The notes below the pieces were generated by a model that was given only the letters and a program-made list of their open reading frames with translations, made no database searches and was not told the DNA's origin. A stretch of DNA of 63,522 nucleotides, the filler included, from Chiloscyllium plagiosum (Eukaryota): assembly GCF_004010195.1 (NCBI RefSeq). It is 4 parts of 2 records of this genome, joined end to end, with 100 filler letters (N's around TTAATTAATTAA, not from the genome) between each part and the next. Parts side by side here need not be neighbours in the genome. Positions count along the whole stretch, not along the records: positions 1 to 22,068 come from NC_057711.1; 3 more parts are not named here. One strand, written 5' to 3'. This document shows positions 1 through 11,384 of this stretch, in pieces; the first letter of the stretch is position 1, and every line of letters starts with the position of its first letter. The translations under genes were made by a program, and so were the position numbers.

Positions 1-415
1 GGTGGATGGGAGATCCCCTGAGGTGATGAGGTTATGAATGGTCTGGGAGATGATGGTTTGGTGGTGGGAGGTGGGGTCATGGTCAAGGGGGCAGTAGGAG
101 GAGGTGTCCGCGAGCTGGCATTTAGCCTCAGCGGTGTAAAGGTCGGTGCGCCAAACTACTACCTCGCCTCCCTTGTCTGCCGGTTTGATAGTGAGGTTGG
201 GGTTGGAACGGAGCGAGTGGAGGGCTGCACGTTCCAAGGGTGAGAGGTTGAAGTGGGTGAGAGGGGTGGAGAAGTTGAGGCGGTTAATGTCACGGCGGCA
301 GTTAGCTATGAAGAGATCGAGGGCAGGTAAGAGGCCAGCACGGAGTGCCCAGGTGGATGGGGTGTGTTAGAGGCGGGAGAAGGGGTCGTCAGAGGGTGGG
401 AGAGAATCCTGGTTG
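1..415 (-). mobile_element. Penelope-like retroelement ORF fragment (N-terminal/RT-upstream region), truncated by window edge
   Basis: Closely similar to 22169-22330; minus strand reads as the Pro/Ser/Leu-rich upstream part of the Penelope-like family whose GIY-YIG ends and pLTRs occur elsewhere in the window. Confidence 0.6.
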
Positions 416-419
416 ATCA

Positions 420-1988
420 GCCTGATAATCTACATCTCAGAGTACTTACGGAAGTAGCTCTAGAAATATTGGATGCACTGCTGGTCCTCTTCTAGGAATG
501 TATAGACTCTAGTACAGTCCCTGCAGATTGGAGGGTAACTAACGTTATTCAAATATTCAAAAAGGGAAGTAGAGAGAAACCAGGGAATTATAGATCAGTA
601 AGCCTAACATCAGTAGTGGAGAAAATTCTCGAATCAATTATCTATACTTTTATAGAGGAGCATTTAGAAAACAGTGCAGGATTAGACAGAGTCAGCATGG
701 ATTTATGAAGGGGAAGTCATGCTTGACAAATCTGTTGGCATTCTATGAAGATGTAACTAGTAGTGTTGACAAGGGGGAACCACTTGATGTGATATATTTA
801 GACTTTCAGAAAGCATTGGACAAAGTCCCACATAAAATTATTGTGCAAGATTAAAGAGCATGGGATTGGGGGAAGTGTATTGAGATGGATAGAAAACTGG
901 TTGGCAGAGAGGAAACAAAGAGTAGGAATTAATTGGTTATTTTCAAATTGGCAGGCAGTAATTAGTGGAATGCTACAGGACTAGTGCTGCTACAGGACTA
1001 GTGCTATGCACATTATATATTATTGATTTAGATGAAGTAACAAAATGTAACATCTCAAAGTTTGCAGATGATACCAAATTGGGTGGGAGGGTGAATTGTG
1101 ACGAGGATGCAGAGACCTTTCAGCATGATCTGGATAGGTTGGGTGAGTGGGCAAATCAAAAGCAGATGCAGTACAATTTGCATAAATGTGAGGTTATTCA
1201 CTTTGCAAGCAAAAACAAGGTAGATTACCACCTGAATGGCTGTAAATTGGGAGAGGGGAGTATGCAGCAAGACCTGGGTAACTTTGTGTACCAGTTGCTG
1301 AAGGTAAGCATGCAGATGCAGTAGGCAGTAAAGAAGGCAAATGGTATGTTGACCTTCATTGCAAGAGGTTTTGAGTACAAAAGCAGGAATGTGTTGTTAC
1401 AGTTATACAGGGCCTTGGTGAGGCCACACCTAGAATATGGTATGCAGTTTGGTTTCCTTTTCTGAGGAAGGATGCTCTTGCTTTCGAGGGAATGCAGTGA
1501 AGGCTTACCAGGCTGATTCTGGGAATAGCGGGACTGATGTATGAGGAGAGATTGACCAAGTTAGGACTGTTTTTGCTGGAGTTCAGACAAATTTAGGGGT
1601 GGGGGGAAATCTCATGAAGACTTCTAAAATTCTAACAGGACTAGACAGGGTAGATGCAGGGAGGATGTTCCTGATGGTGAATGTGTGCAAGGGTACCAGT
1701 CTGAAGATTTGGGATAGAGCATTTAGGACAGAGATGGGGAGACATTTCTTCACCCAGAATGGTGAGCCTCTAGAATTCATTACCACAGTAAGTAGATGAC
1801 ATCAAAACATTGATCGTATTCAAGCAGCAGCTAGATATAGCACTTGGGGCGAATGGAATCAAAGGTTATGGGGAAAAAGCAAGATTAGACTGTTGAGTTG
1901 GACGATCAGGTATGATGACGTTGAATTGTGAATAGGCTCAAAGGGCCGAACGGCCTTCTCCTGCTCCAATCTTCTATGTTCATATGTT
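420..1988 (+). mobile_element. CR1 LINE, 5'-truncated, ORF2 reverse transcriptase region and 3' UTR (degenerate)
   Basis: Motifs [66 protein letters not shown]; short tandem 3' tail tctatgtt/catatgtt. Confidence 0.9.
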
Positions 1989-2499
1989 ACCTAAGATTTA
2001 TGTTCACCCACAGTCCTATCTTTGAGAAGCTTCACTACACATTCTATAACCAAATAATTAGCAGAATCTGTTCAGAAGCTTTGAACTTACTCTACAGTTA
2101 CTAACAATGGTAATGGCTTTACTTCAGCAAAATCAAAATAAACTATAAACAACTTGGATGGACTAAAAGATGGTTAAAACTATGCAAGAGTTTGGTTTTG
2201 GAACTCTGCACTAAACATGCCCCAACTGGAGAAGGCAAAGCACTAGAAAAGATTGAGAGAATTAACACTAAATGAAGCAGCAATACTACACACAGCCTAC
2301 AAAGGTACAGAACAAATGTCACCTTCAAGCATAACTACTGGATAACTGGAATATATTTTACCTGCCCTGAGCACAGTTTACAAAGAACCACAGAGAGCTA
2401 TTATTCTGCCAGACACCTACTGTAAATACCATATCTGCACAAAACAGGTTAAGTCAGTAATAATTCAGAATGGCTTTTTTAGTATTGTAGCTTTCCACA

Positions 2500-3580
2500 C
2501 TTGGAGATAATGTAGCAATATTTCTTTATTTTAAGATAGCCTTGTTTTTTCTTGTGCAAGAATTCCTGCATATTTGTGAAAGCTAGTGATTGTGGGATGA
2601 CAATCAAAGAAAATGTGACATTGAGGTCTTCCAGCAAATCACCACTCCTAAAAAGTTGGTTTTGTTCTCAAATCCTCTGTTTATAATTGCTATCTACAAA
2701 TGGAGCACACATCTATACGAAATTCCTCACTGTTTCTACTCTCAGAGAGTAGTCAACAAGAAGGGTTAGGTGCACTATTGTGACAGCAGATATGTGGAAT
2801 GGGTTTTGTTGGGAACAATGATGGACAATTTGGTCATTCCTTCGTTTCCCATCTTCCAAAGCTCTGCCACTGGACACTCAAACAGATTTTCAAATTTGTG
2901 CTCAACGTACTTTAGAATCTATTGCAGCATCATGTAATTTTCCTCATCCTGCTCTTAATGAACAGTCTGAGACTACCATGTGTATTGTTTGACCAGACAC
3001 TTGGAATGGGAAACTCCCACTTTGGAGTTTGAAAGGTGTAACTTTCAGTCCATTCCACCTTTGCAAGCCAAATGATCCTCAGATTTCATCCAATGATGAT
3101 GCTGACCCAGCTGTGACATGTGCATGAATGGACTGGTTTACCTTATTTTTAGATTTCCTTTGTGTCTCAACGAGGCTCTTGTCTCCCTATGAAACCGAGA
3201 TCTTGCCTTATGAGAATCATGCATGTGAATGAGTACATTAGTCAAGTATAGGGTAGTACAGAAATCCACGTCTCCTCATTTCACCATGTTGTAAAGTTGC
3301 GTGACCATCAAAAGATATTTCCCTCAGGATTTCAGACAATTCCCAACCTGACCACAAGCTTTACAGACCAATTCAGCAATGTTTGCGCCCTGGCAAAGCC
3401 AGGAGGAATGTCTAGAATCTTTCTAACCAGAGGTTGTCTTTCAGCCTGCATTCCACCAGATAGCCTACAAAGGATCAGCAGTCAACTCCTTTCTGTGCAA
3501 CCACTAATGGCAGCCTTTGTCTCTGCGAGACCTATCACTTTCTTTCTATCCAAATGCAATATTGCTCACATGGAGTAACT
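2500..3580 (-). mobile_element. Possible highly decayed LTR-retrotransposon gag/pol remnant
   Basis: Minus strand gives KVIGLAETKAA and a CKACGQVGNC zinc-knuckle-like stretch; many stops, no LTR seen. Confidence 0.25.
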
Positions 3581-3814
3581 GTAACTTCAAAAGCACAAGG
3601 ATGCTATCCATGTGCATCATTCATTCAGAATGTACATGTACAATGACAACACCAGTATTTATTACATACACTGTATTTGAAATTTTGTACAAATGTACAA
3701 TGCTTCCTAAAGTGTTGCAAGTTTAGTTGCTGTACTTTGATTGTATGTGTTAACATCCTTATCATAAACAAAGCCTAGTTTGAGTGATTACAAAAAAATT
3801 ACTTATTTATCAAG

Positions 3815-3990
3815 ATTTGGGGTTGGCTGCTCAGCTGGCTGGACATCTGGTTTGCATGGCATAGTGATGCCAACAGCTTGGGGTTCAATTCCCACACTGG
3901 CTGAGGCTAAAGATCCTTCCTTCTCAATTTCTTCCCTCATCAGAGGCAAGTCAAACCACCATCTGTTATCTATGGACTACAGTGACATTA
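3815..3990 (+). mobile_element. Old tRNA-head SINE (same family as 22960-23150)
   Basis: A-box-like gctgctcagctgg, B-box-like ggttcaattcc; shared body with 22960-23150. Confidence 0.6.
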
Positions 3991-4034
3991 TTTACTTATC
4001 AAGATCAAACATTTGTATCCAACCTGGAATTCAA

Positions 4035-5590
4035 AGAACATGAAGAAAATTCACTCAATTAGATAAACAATTCAGCCCCTCGAGCAAGCTCCACCATTCA
4101 ACACAAGCATGGTTAATTTTATCACAGCCTCAAGTCCACTTTCCTGCCTGTTTTACATAACTCTTCAACACATCACTAGTTAAAAATCTGCCTATCTTTT
4201 TCTCAAATTTACTCAATGTCCCGTCATCCACCACATACTGGGGTCGCGAATTCCAGATTCGCAACCCTCTTGAGAGAAGTAATTTCTCATCTGTTTTAAA
4301 TCTACAACCCCTTACCTGAAAACAATGATCTCTCATTCCAGAATGCCCTACAACAGCAACTTATATATCTCAATCAAATGTCCTCTCATCCTAAATTCTA
4401 GATAATGTAGGCCTAAACTCCTCAATCTGACCTCATATGACAAACTCCTCATCGCCGGAATCAATCGAGTGAACCTCCTCTGAACTGTCTCCAGTGCAAC
4501 TACATGAGGGTAGCACAGTGGTTCAGTGGTTAGCACTGCTGCCTCACAGCACCAGGGACCAGTGTTCAATTCCAGCCTCGGGCAAATTCCACACTGTCTG
4601 TGTGGAATTTGCACATTCTGCCAGTGTCTGCGTGGGTTTCCTCTAGGTGCTCCGGTTTCCTCCCACAGTCTAAAGATGTGCAGGTCAGGAAATTGGCCAT
4701 GTTAAATTGCCTATAGTGTTAGTTGCACTAGTCAGAGGGTAATGTGTCTGGTTGGGTTACTGTTCAGAAGGTCGGTGTGGACTTGTTGGGCCGAATGGCC
4801 TGTTTCCACACTGTAGGTAATCTATTGTAATCTAATCCCTCAAGAGGAACAATACTCCAGGCCAGTTCCACTATCGCTTTGTACAGTTGCTGCAAGTGTT
4901 CCCTTCATTTGCACACTATTCCTTTAGCATTAAATGCCAAAATTCCCCGTTATTATCTGCATGCTAGCTTTCTGCAGTTTACGTACAAGGAAACCCAGAT
5001 CCCACTCCTCCGAATCACCGAGTTTCTCTCCATTTTCATAACAAGTTGCCTTTCTATTCTTCTGATCAAAAGGTAGAACCTCACACTTACCCATGTTAAA
5101 TGCCATCTGCCAAATTTTGGCCCATTCTCCTGATCAATCCATATCCATTGGTAATACAGGTACTCTCTAATTTGTTCATTGCAATTTACTCATCTACTTG
5201 TATTAGTGTCATCTGCAAATGTGACTATATTACCCTTACCCCTGTATTCAAGTCATTAATATGAATTGTAAAGGGTTGGAGCTCCAAGGACCAAACCCCA
5301 TGGTAACCCCAAGTTACATCTTGCCAGCCAGAAAAAGATCCATTTATCCTGACTCTCTGCTTTCTGTTGATTAGCCAATCCTCTAACAAAGCTAATAAAT
5401 TACCCCAACCTTATGTGATCATACATCGTGCATTAACCTTTGTGCAGTGTGTTATCAAATGCCTTCTGCAAGTCCAGAAATATAACATTTTCAGGTTTCC
5501 CATTGTCCACTAAGCTTGCCACATCTTTGAAAAACTCTAGCAAATAAGTCAAACACAATCTACCTTCCATAAAACTATGCTGACTCTATG
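4035..5590 (-). mobile_element. CR1 LINE 3' part, interrupted by HE1 SINE
   Basis: Minus-strand VALETVQRRFTRLIP, RT-region motifs and CR1 3' UTR. Confidence 0.85.
4508..4836 (+). mobile_element. HE1-type shark SINE
   Basis: tRNA-like head gcacagtggttcagtggttagcactgctgcctcacagc, central tgcgtgggtttcctc..ggtgctccggtttcctcccacagtc domain, CR1-like tail ending (aatct)n. Confidence 0.9.
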
Positions 5591-5794
5591 ATTTTCTTTA
5601 AAACCATTTTCACATAAGCAATTCATTTAAACTGAATGAGATCACCATCTAATATCAATTTAAGACTATTGTTGAGGGCAGGGAATCTAACTGATTAAAA
5701 CTCAGAAGGTTCAAACTTCATAGAAAACATTTAAAGCAACTGTAAGCAAGAGACTTAATTCTCTCTGTAAAAGATAGACTTAGCTTGGGTAAAA

Positions 5795-6320
5795 TGGAAC
5801 ATCGCAGTAACACACGCACAAACAATCTCACTGCCCTATGGCCGACCACTACAACATCTCCCCCCTGCCCGCCCCAGCCACCCACATGCAAGTCCTGGGC
5901 CTCCTCCACCACCAAATCCAAGCCACTCAATGACTGGAGGAAGAACACTGTATCTTCCGCCTTGGGATCCTTCAACCACATGCCACCAACATCGACTTTC
6001 CTAATCAATCTCCCTCCCCCCACTGCATCCCAGATACAAACCCTAATTCAGCACCACTTTCTTGAACTGTCCTACTTGTCCATCTTTCTTCCCACCTATC
6101 TGCATCTACCCATCACCTTCTGACCTATCACTATCACCACCTCATCTGCATCTACCTATCACCTTCCCCCTACCCTTATCCCCCATTTATCTCTCAGATC
6201 CTCTACTCCTTCCCCTCCATCTCCCCTCCCCCACCAGGGCTAATGCCCGAAACGACGACTCTGCTCCTCCTCGGATACTACCTGATCTGCTGTGCTTTTC
6301 CAGTGCCACACTTTTCTACT
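5795..6320 (+). mobile_element. Penelope-like element 3' end (GIY-YIG endonuclease tail plus pLTR with partial hammerhead)
   Basis: Frameshifted RLEEEH.IFRLGILQPH.TNIDF motif typical of PLE C-termini; gggctaatgcccgaaacgacg followed by the pLTR body. Confidence 0.8.
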
Positions 6321-6373
6321 AAAAATGAATGTCAATATATTAAACATAGCTTGCCAGTCCATTACGTTATTTA

Positions 6374-6578
6374 CAGTAGAACCCCTGTATCTGTGGAATT
6401 GGTTTCCACGGTTTCAGTTATCTGTGCTTTACCGCGGCCTGAAAACATCACATGGAACTTCCAGATCCAGGGACCAGGGATCTGCCAGGGAGGTAAGTTT
6501 CCCATTTAAATGATAGAGTTCGTTACCATCCACGGTGGGTCTTGGAACGTATCACCTGCAGATACAGATGGACTACTA
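6374..6578. mobile_element. Tigger/pogo-type (Tc1-mariner) non-autonomous DNA transposon (MITE)
   Basis: Imperfect TIRs cagtagaacccctgtatctgtgg / cctgcagatacagatggactacta, flanked by TA on both sides. Confidence 0.7.
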
Positions 6579-7205
6579 TATACATCATCTAGCTTTGGAG
6601 AATCTGGATATTTCATCTGAATGTGTCAAACCATGATTAAAATGGTCGTTATATCAAATGAGTATAAAAGTCCATTCTACAGTGGTGCATTTTTCAATAT
6701 TCATGCAGATTCCTATGGGTGAGGAAATCAAAAATGCATATTTATTTATATTCTTGCTCATCTTGAAATGTGAAGGCCAAAGTAGGTTGTGCCATATCTC
6801 ACATGTTCCCAGATTTGTCAATTATAACATAAATAATGGACAATTAATACTCATTTAATAGAACAGTGCTAAGAGGAATACTATTTAAATTTGGCAACAC
6901 TGAGAAACAGAAGTGTAACTTCAAAGCTTCGAGGGTCTCATGTGTAATACATAGAAGGCTTCCAGCACAAAGAATTGCGAATCCAACTCAAAGTGATTTT
7001 GAAGCATCATGAGTGTCTTAATTAAGCTGTTTGAAATTATTAGGAGGGTAATTTTAGCCATACAAAGCACTGTAAAATTGAACAATTTTCTAACAGTACT
7101 GGAGTTCCAAATTTTCAAACAAGCCCTAGAAAGTGCAGATGCGTAACAACTTAAATACTTTCACAATTTAGTGTAACTAACAAAAGACTCTTACAAAGTT
7201 CTTAC

Positions 7206-7546
7206 CACGTTAGCTCATCAAAATTTATGTGACTTGTATCAGGCAACCACTTGGATATGTCAAATTCTTTTTTAGTTCCACTGTGCTGTGGTGATACAAC
7301 ATTGTGATCTGAAGAAGAATCAGGTACTGTTGTCAACTTGCTTTTTTGGGCAAACATCTTGAAAATAGCTTCAGTCTGTTGTATAACCTCAGGCATATGT
7401 TCATTGGCCACATGCTTGTGAATGTCCTCCACTTTTTCAAACTGCTGCCCACAGCATTCCCAATGAACATTTGGCCTACCCAATTCTTGTGGTGAGGTAC
7501 TGCCAACTTTAGGTACTTGTCGTGAATTGATAAAGAGGGCGAATGC
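7206..7546 (-). CDS. TSTD2: TSTD2 (thiosulfate sulfurtransferase/rhodanese-like domain containing 2) internal coding exon
   Basis: Acceptor cattttatag| then AFALFINSRQVPKVGSTSPQELGRPNVHWECCGQQFEKVEDIHKHVANEHMPEVIQQTEAIFK...FDISKWLPDTSHINFDELT, donor TG|gtaag. Matches recalled human TSTD2 AFALFVKTKEVP...WKCCRQLF...IHRHVATQH...DVSAWLPDISCFSPDEL. Confidence 0.92.
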
Positions 7547-8353
7547 CTATAAAATGAGTATATATGTAAATTAAAGTATAATACAGAAAGGAAAACTATA
7601 GGGAATACATTTGATCGTTTATCTTAAATACTTACTAGAAAGCACATATGCATTTCTTCATTGATTATGACAGATTGTGGATCATTTGGTCTACGATGCT
7701 GGTCACAATAAAAATCAGTATTCCTCACCAAATACAACTTAGCATTTTAATTATATGTCTCAAAAACTAAGAATTTTTGAAATAATTTGCTTTCAGTTCC
7801 TTTTACTTTCAGGATCAAGCACGAATCATGGAATATGCCTAGATCTATGAAGATTACTTTTACGCAGCATCAAAAAAAATGTCAGGCTTCAAACAGAATT
7901 CTACATCAAATGAAGCATTCTAGAAGAGGATTACAACTAAAGAACCAAAGCCAAAATGCGAATTTAAGCAAGTGAAACAGCTTCATGTTTTCATCAGGTT
8001 ATAAATTACTGTTATTGCAAGTAACATTTGTCACTGTGGGCTAAACCTTATTGCCAACAAGCGTTGGACAGATCGTTATTTGTATCTGATGCCCCCCCCC
8101 CAGCCCCGCAAAAAAAAGACAAATAAATAGTTGAGAAGTGGTTCTGGTCTGTCAAACGACACAAACCCTGTCTTGACCCAGCCCAGTTCTCAACCTACCC
8201 TGGAGTCAAGACCCTTCACACCCGCCAGCCGACTTCCAAACTTTTCCTGACCTTCCTCCCCCGGGATCTCACCCGTTTCCCGACTCCCCCAGACTCTTAT
8301 CCTTTTTCCCCACCCTCGCTGATTTTAACCGTTTCCTCGCCCCGGGCTCTCAC

Positions 8354-8479
8354 CCGTTTCCTAACGGCTCCCCGGCGCTTGCGGCTCGGCCTCGGCAGGG
8401 CGCGCGCCCCGCAGCCTTTCAGCTCGTGCCACCTCTCAACGCCCGGCTCGAGCGTTCCTGGATGGAGCGGTGTCTCCAT
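8354..8479 (-). CDS. TSTD2: TSTD2 first coding exon (42 aa)
   Basis: GCCGCC-like context gctgccATGG; METPLHP...RKRRGAVRKR then phase-0 donor CGG|gtgaga that joins in frame to AFALF at 7546; basic cluster parallels human KKKYSFAKKK|AFALF. Confidence 0.8.
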
Positions 8480-8812
8480 GGCAGCGGGGCTCGCGGGCAG
8501 GGGTCTCCCGAAGCCAGCTCCAGGGAGCGAGCGAGTGAGAGAGAGAGAGAGAGAAAGCTTCTCGTCGCCTCCGCCTCAGACCAACCCTCCCACCGGAACC
8601 ACTTGGCCAACACGCGAGGATTTACCCCGGAAGTGCATGTAACAGAGTGCCCGCCATAATCGGGGGGGGGGAGGGGGGGGGGGAGGGGGGTTGTCGTTGG
8701 GGGAAGTTGTGAGTGACCGGAGAAAGGGCTAGGAGCGGTGGTGGACCGGCCGCAAAGCCCAGCGAGCGATTACCTTGTTCTCGGCTGCTCGTGATATCGG
8801 CCCCGGACAGAA
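8480..8812. promoter_or_regulatory. Bidirectional CpG-island promoter shared by TSTD2 and NCBP1
   Basis: CpG-rich stretch (~8250-8890) in a CpG-poor background; 333 bp between opposing ATGs; ETS/GABP site CCGGAAGTG 8627-8635, YY1-like CCGCCATAAT 8651-8660, G-tracts 8662-8703, (GA)n ~8537-8554. Confidence 0.85.
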
Positions 8813-8846
8813 ATGTCGAGAAGACGGCACAGTGACGATAATGACG
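8813..8846 (+). CDS. NCBP1: NCBP1 (nuclear cap-binding protein subunit 1, CBP80) coding exon 1
   Basis: ATG TCG AGA AGA CGG CAC AGT GAC GAT AAT GAC G|gtgggt = MSRRRHSDDND(G), matching recalled human MSRRRHSDENDG; head-to-head with TSTD2 as in human; exon 2 not found before the contig end. Confidence 0.92.
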
Positions 8847-9060
8847 GTGGGTGAAACGGCGGCAGCGCACGATGCGAGCGCTTCACTTAGTCTGTTACCT
8901 TACTGAGTGACTACCGGTTTATTAATCCTCTTTGGTACTGAGAGCGGCCTTATTCAATCAGTGATAACCATGTCTAGTTCCCGCTATCGTTATCTCCAGA
9001 TATCGATATTATTCAACAGCCTCCATTGCTTATTTTCCCACATAAAGTATCGTCCCGTAT

Positions 9061-11257
9061 AATCCCATTGCTCCTACAGTCCTGGTGTCAACCCCAGGCT
9101 GATCACACTGTCCCTATTCTCCTGGTGTCAATCCCAGGCTGATCACACTGTCCCTATTCTCCTGGTATCAACCCCAGGCTGATCACACTGTCCCTATAGT
9201 TCTGGTATCAACCCCAGGCTGATCCCACTGTCCCTATAGTCCTGGTATCAACCCCAGGCTGATCCCACTGTCCCTATTCTCCTGGTATCAACCCCAGACT
9301 GATCCCACTGTCCCTATAGTCCTGGTATCAACCCCAGGCTGATCCCACTGTCCCTATTCTCCTAGTATTAACCCCAGACTTATTCCACTGTCCCTATAGT
9401 CCCGGTATCAACCCCAGGCTGATCACATTGTCCCTATAATCCTGGTGTCAACCCTAGACTGATCACACTGTCCCGATAGTCCTGGTATCAATCCCAGGCT
9501 GATTCCACTGTCCCTATAGTCCTGGTATCAATCCCAGGCTGATCCCACTGTCCCTATAATCCTGGTGTCAACCCCAGACTGATTACACTGTCCCGATAGT
9601 CCTGGTATCAACCCCAGGCTGATCCCACTGTCCCTATAGTCCTGGTATCAACCCCAGGCTGATCCCCACTGTCCCTATAGCCCTGGTATCAACCCCAGAC
9701 TGATCACACTGTCCGTATAGTCCTGGTATCAACCCTAGACTGATCCCACTGTCCCTATTCTCCTGGTATCAACCCCAGACTGATCTCACAGTCCCGATAG
9801 TCCTGGTATCAACCCCAGGCTGATCCCCACTGTCCCTATAGCCCTGGTATCAACCCCAGGCTGATCCCCACTGTCCCTATAGCCCTGGTATCAACCCCAG
9901 ACTGATCACACTGTCCGTATAGTCCTGGTATCAACCCCAGGCTGATCCCACTGTCCCGATAGTCCTGGTATCAACCCCAGACTGATCTCACAGTCCCGAT
10001 AGTCCTGGTATCAACCCCAGGCTGATTCCCACTATCCCTATAGCCCTGGTATCAACCCCAGACTGATCCCACTGTCCCTATTCTCCTGGTATCAACCCCA
10101 TGCTGATCCCACTGTCCCTATAGTCCTAGTATCAATCCCAGGTTGATCGCAGTGTCCCTATAGTTCTGCTATCAATCAGAATTGATCCCACTGTCGTTAG
10201 CCTAATATCAATCCCAGAATTTATCTCACTGTCCCTATAACCTAGTATTAATCTCAGAATTGCTCCCACTGTCCTTAGTTCTGTTATCAATCCCAGAATT
10301 GATCCCACTGTCCTTCTAGTTCTGTTATCAATCCTTGAATTGATCACACCTTTCCTATATTCCTGGTATCAATCCCAGACTGATCCCACAGTCCCTATTG
10401 TCCTGCTACCATTCCCAGATTAATCCCACTATCCTATAGTCCTGGTATCAACCCCAGACGGATCCCACTGTCCCTATAGTCCTGGTATCAACCCAGTCTG
10501 ACCCCACTGCCCCTATAGTCCTGGTATCAACCCCAGGCTGACCACACTGCCCTTGTTGTCCTGGTATCAATCCAAGGCTGATCCCACCATCCGTATAGTC
10601 GTATCAATCCCAGGCTGATCCCACCATCCCTACAGTCCTGGTATCAACCCCAAACTGATGCCACTGTCCCCATAGTTCTGGTATCAATCTCAGAATTGAC
10701 CCCACTGTCCTTATAGCCTAATATCATCCCAGAATTTATCCCACTATCCCTATAAACCTGGTATTAATCCCAGAATTTATCCCACTGTCCATATATTCCT
10801 GGTATATATATTCCTGTCCATATATTCCTGTCCAGACTGATCCCACAGCCTATAGTCCTGCTACCATTCCCTGACTGATCCCACTATCTGTATAGTACTG
10901 GTATCAATCCCAGATGTGATCTCACTATCCCTGTTGTCCTCGTATCAATCTCAGGTTGATCCCACTGTCCCTATAGTCCTGGTATTAATCTCAGGTTGAT
11001 CCCACTGTCCCTATAGTGCTGGTATCAATCTCAGGTTGATCCCACTATCCCTACAGTCCTGGTATCAATCTCAGGTTGATCCAACTGTCCCTATAGTTTT
11101 GATATCAATCCCAGAATTGATCCCATTGTCCCTATAACCTAATATTAATCCCAGAATTTATGCCACTATCTCTCTAAACCTGATATTAATCCCAGAATTG
11201 ATCCCACTGTCCCTATCTCCTGATATCAGTCCCAGAACTGATCCCATTGGCCCTATG
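9061..11257. repeat. Minisatellite, ~40-bp unit, ~55 copies, in NCBP1 intron 1
   Basis: Unit cctggtatcaaccccaggctgatcccactgtccctatagt repeated in tandem, with variant units in the distal half. Confidence 0.97.
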
Positions 11258-11261
11258 CAAA

Positions 11262-11380
11262 ATAAAAACTGTTGATGCTGGAAATCTGAAATAACAGAAA
11301 TTGCTGGAACACCTCAGGTTTCACAACATCTATAGAGAGAGAAATTGAATTAATGCTTTTGGTCCAGAGACACTTTTGAG
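11262..11380 (-). mobile_element. Decayed Penelope-like pLTR fragment (family of 46330-46470)
   Basis: gatgctggaaatctgaaataacagaaattgctggaacacctcagg resembles 46335-46410. Confidence 0.55.
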
Positions 11381-11384
11381 GTAC

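Noticed and set aside
2362..2434. Minus-strand segment bounded by tgtgcag| and CAG|gtaaa as the next TSTD2 exon
   Set aside because: The frame required by the upstream phase-2 donor hits a stop, and the open frame does not resemble the expected GEVLLYYCY region
8379..8870. ORFs 8379-8642, 8426-8659, 8419-8613 and 8622-8870
   Set aside because: GC-rich promoter by-products overlapping the real TSTD2 and NCBP1 first exons
9061..11257. CRISPR-like array or coding repeat (ORF 10132-10347)
   Set aside because: Units are contiguous with no unique spacers, the context is eukaryotic, and the 40-nt period is not a multiple of 3
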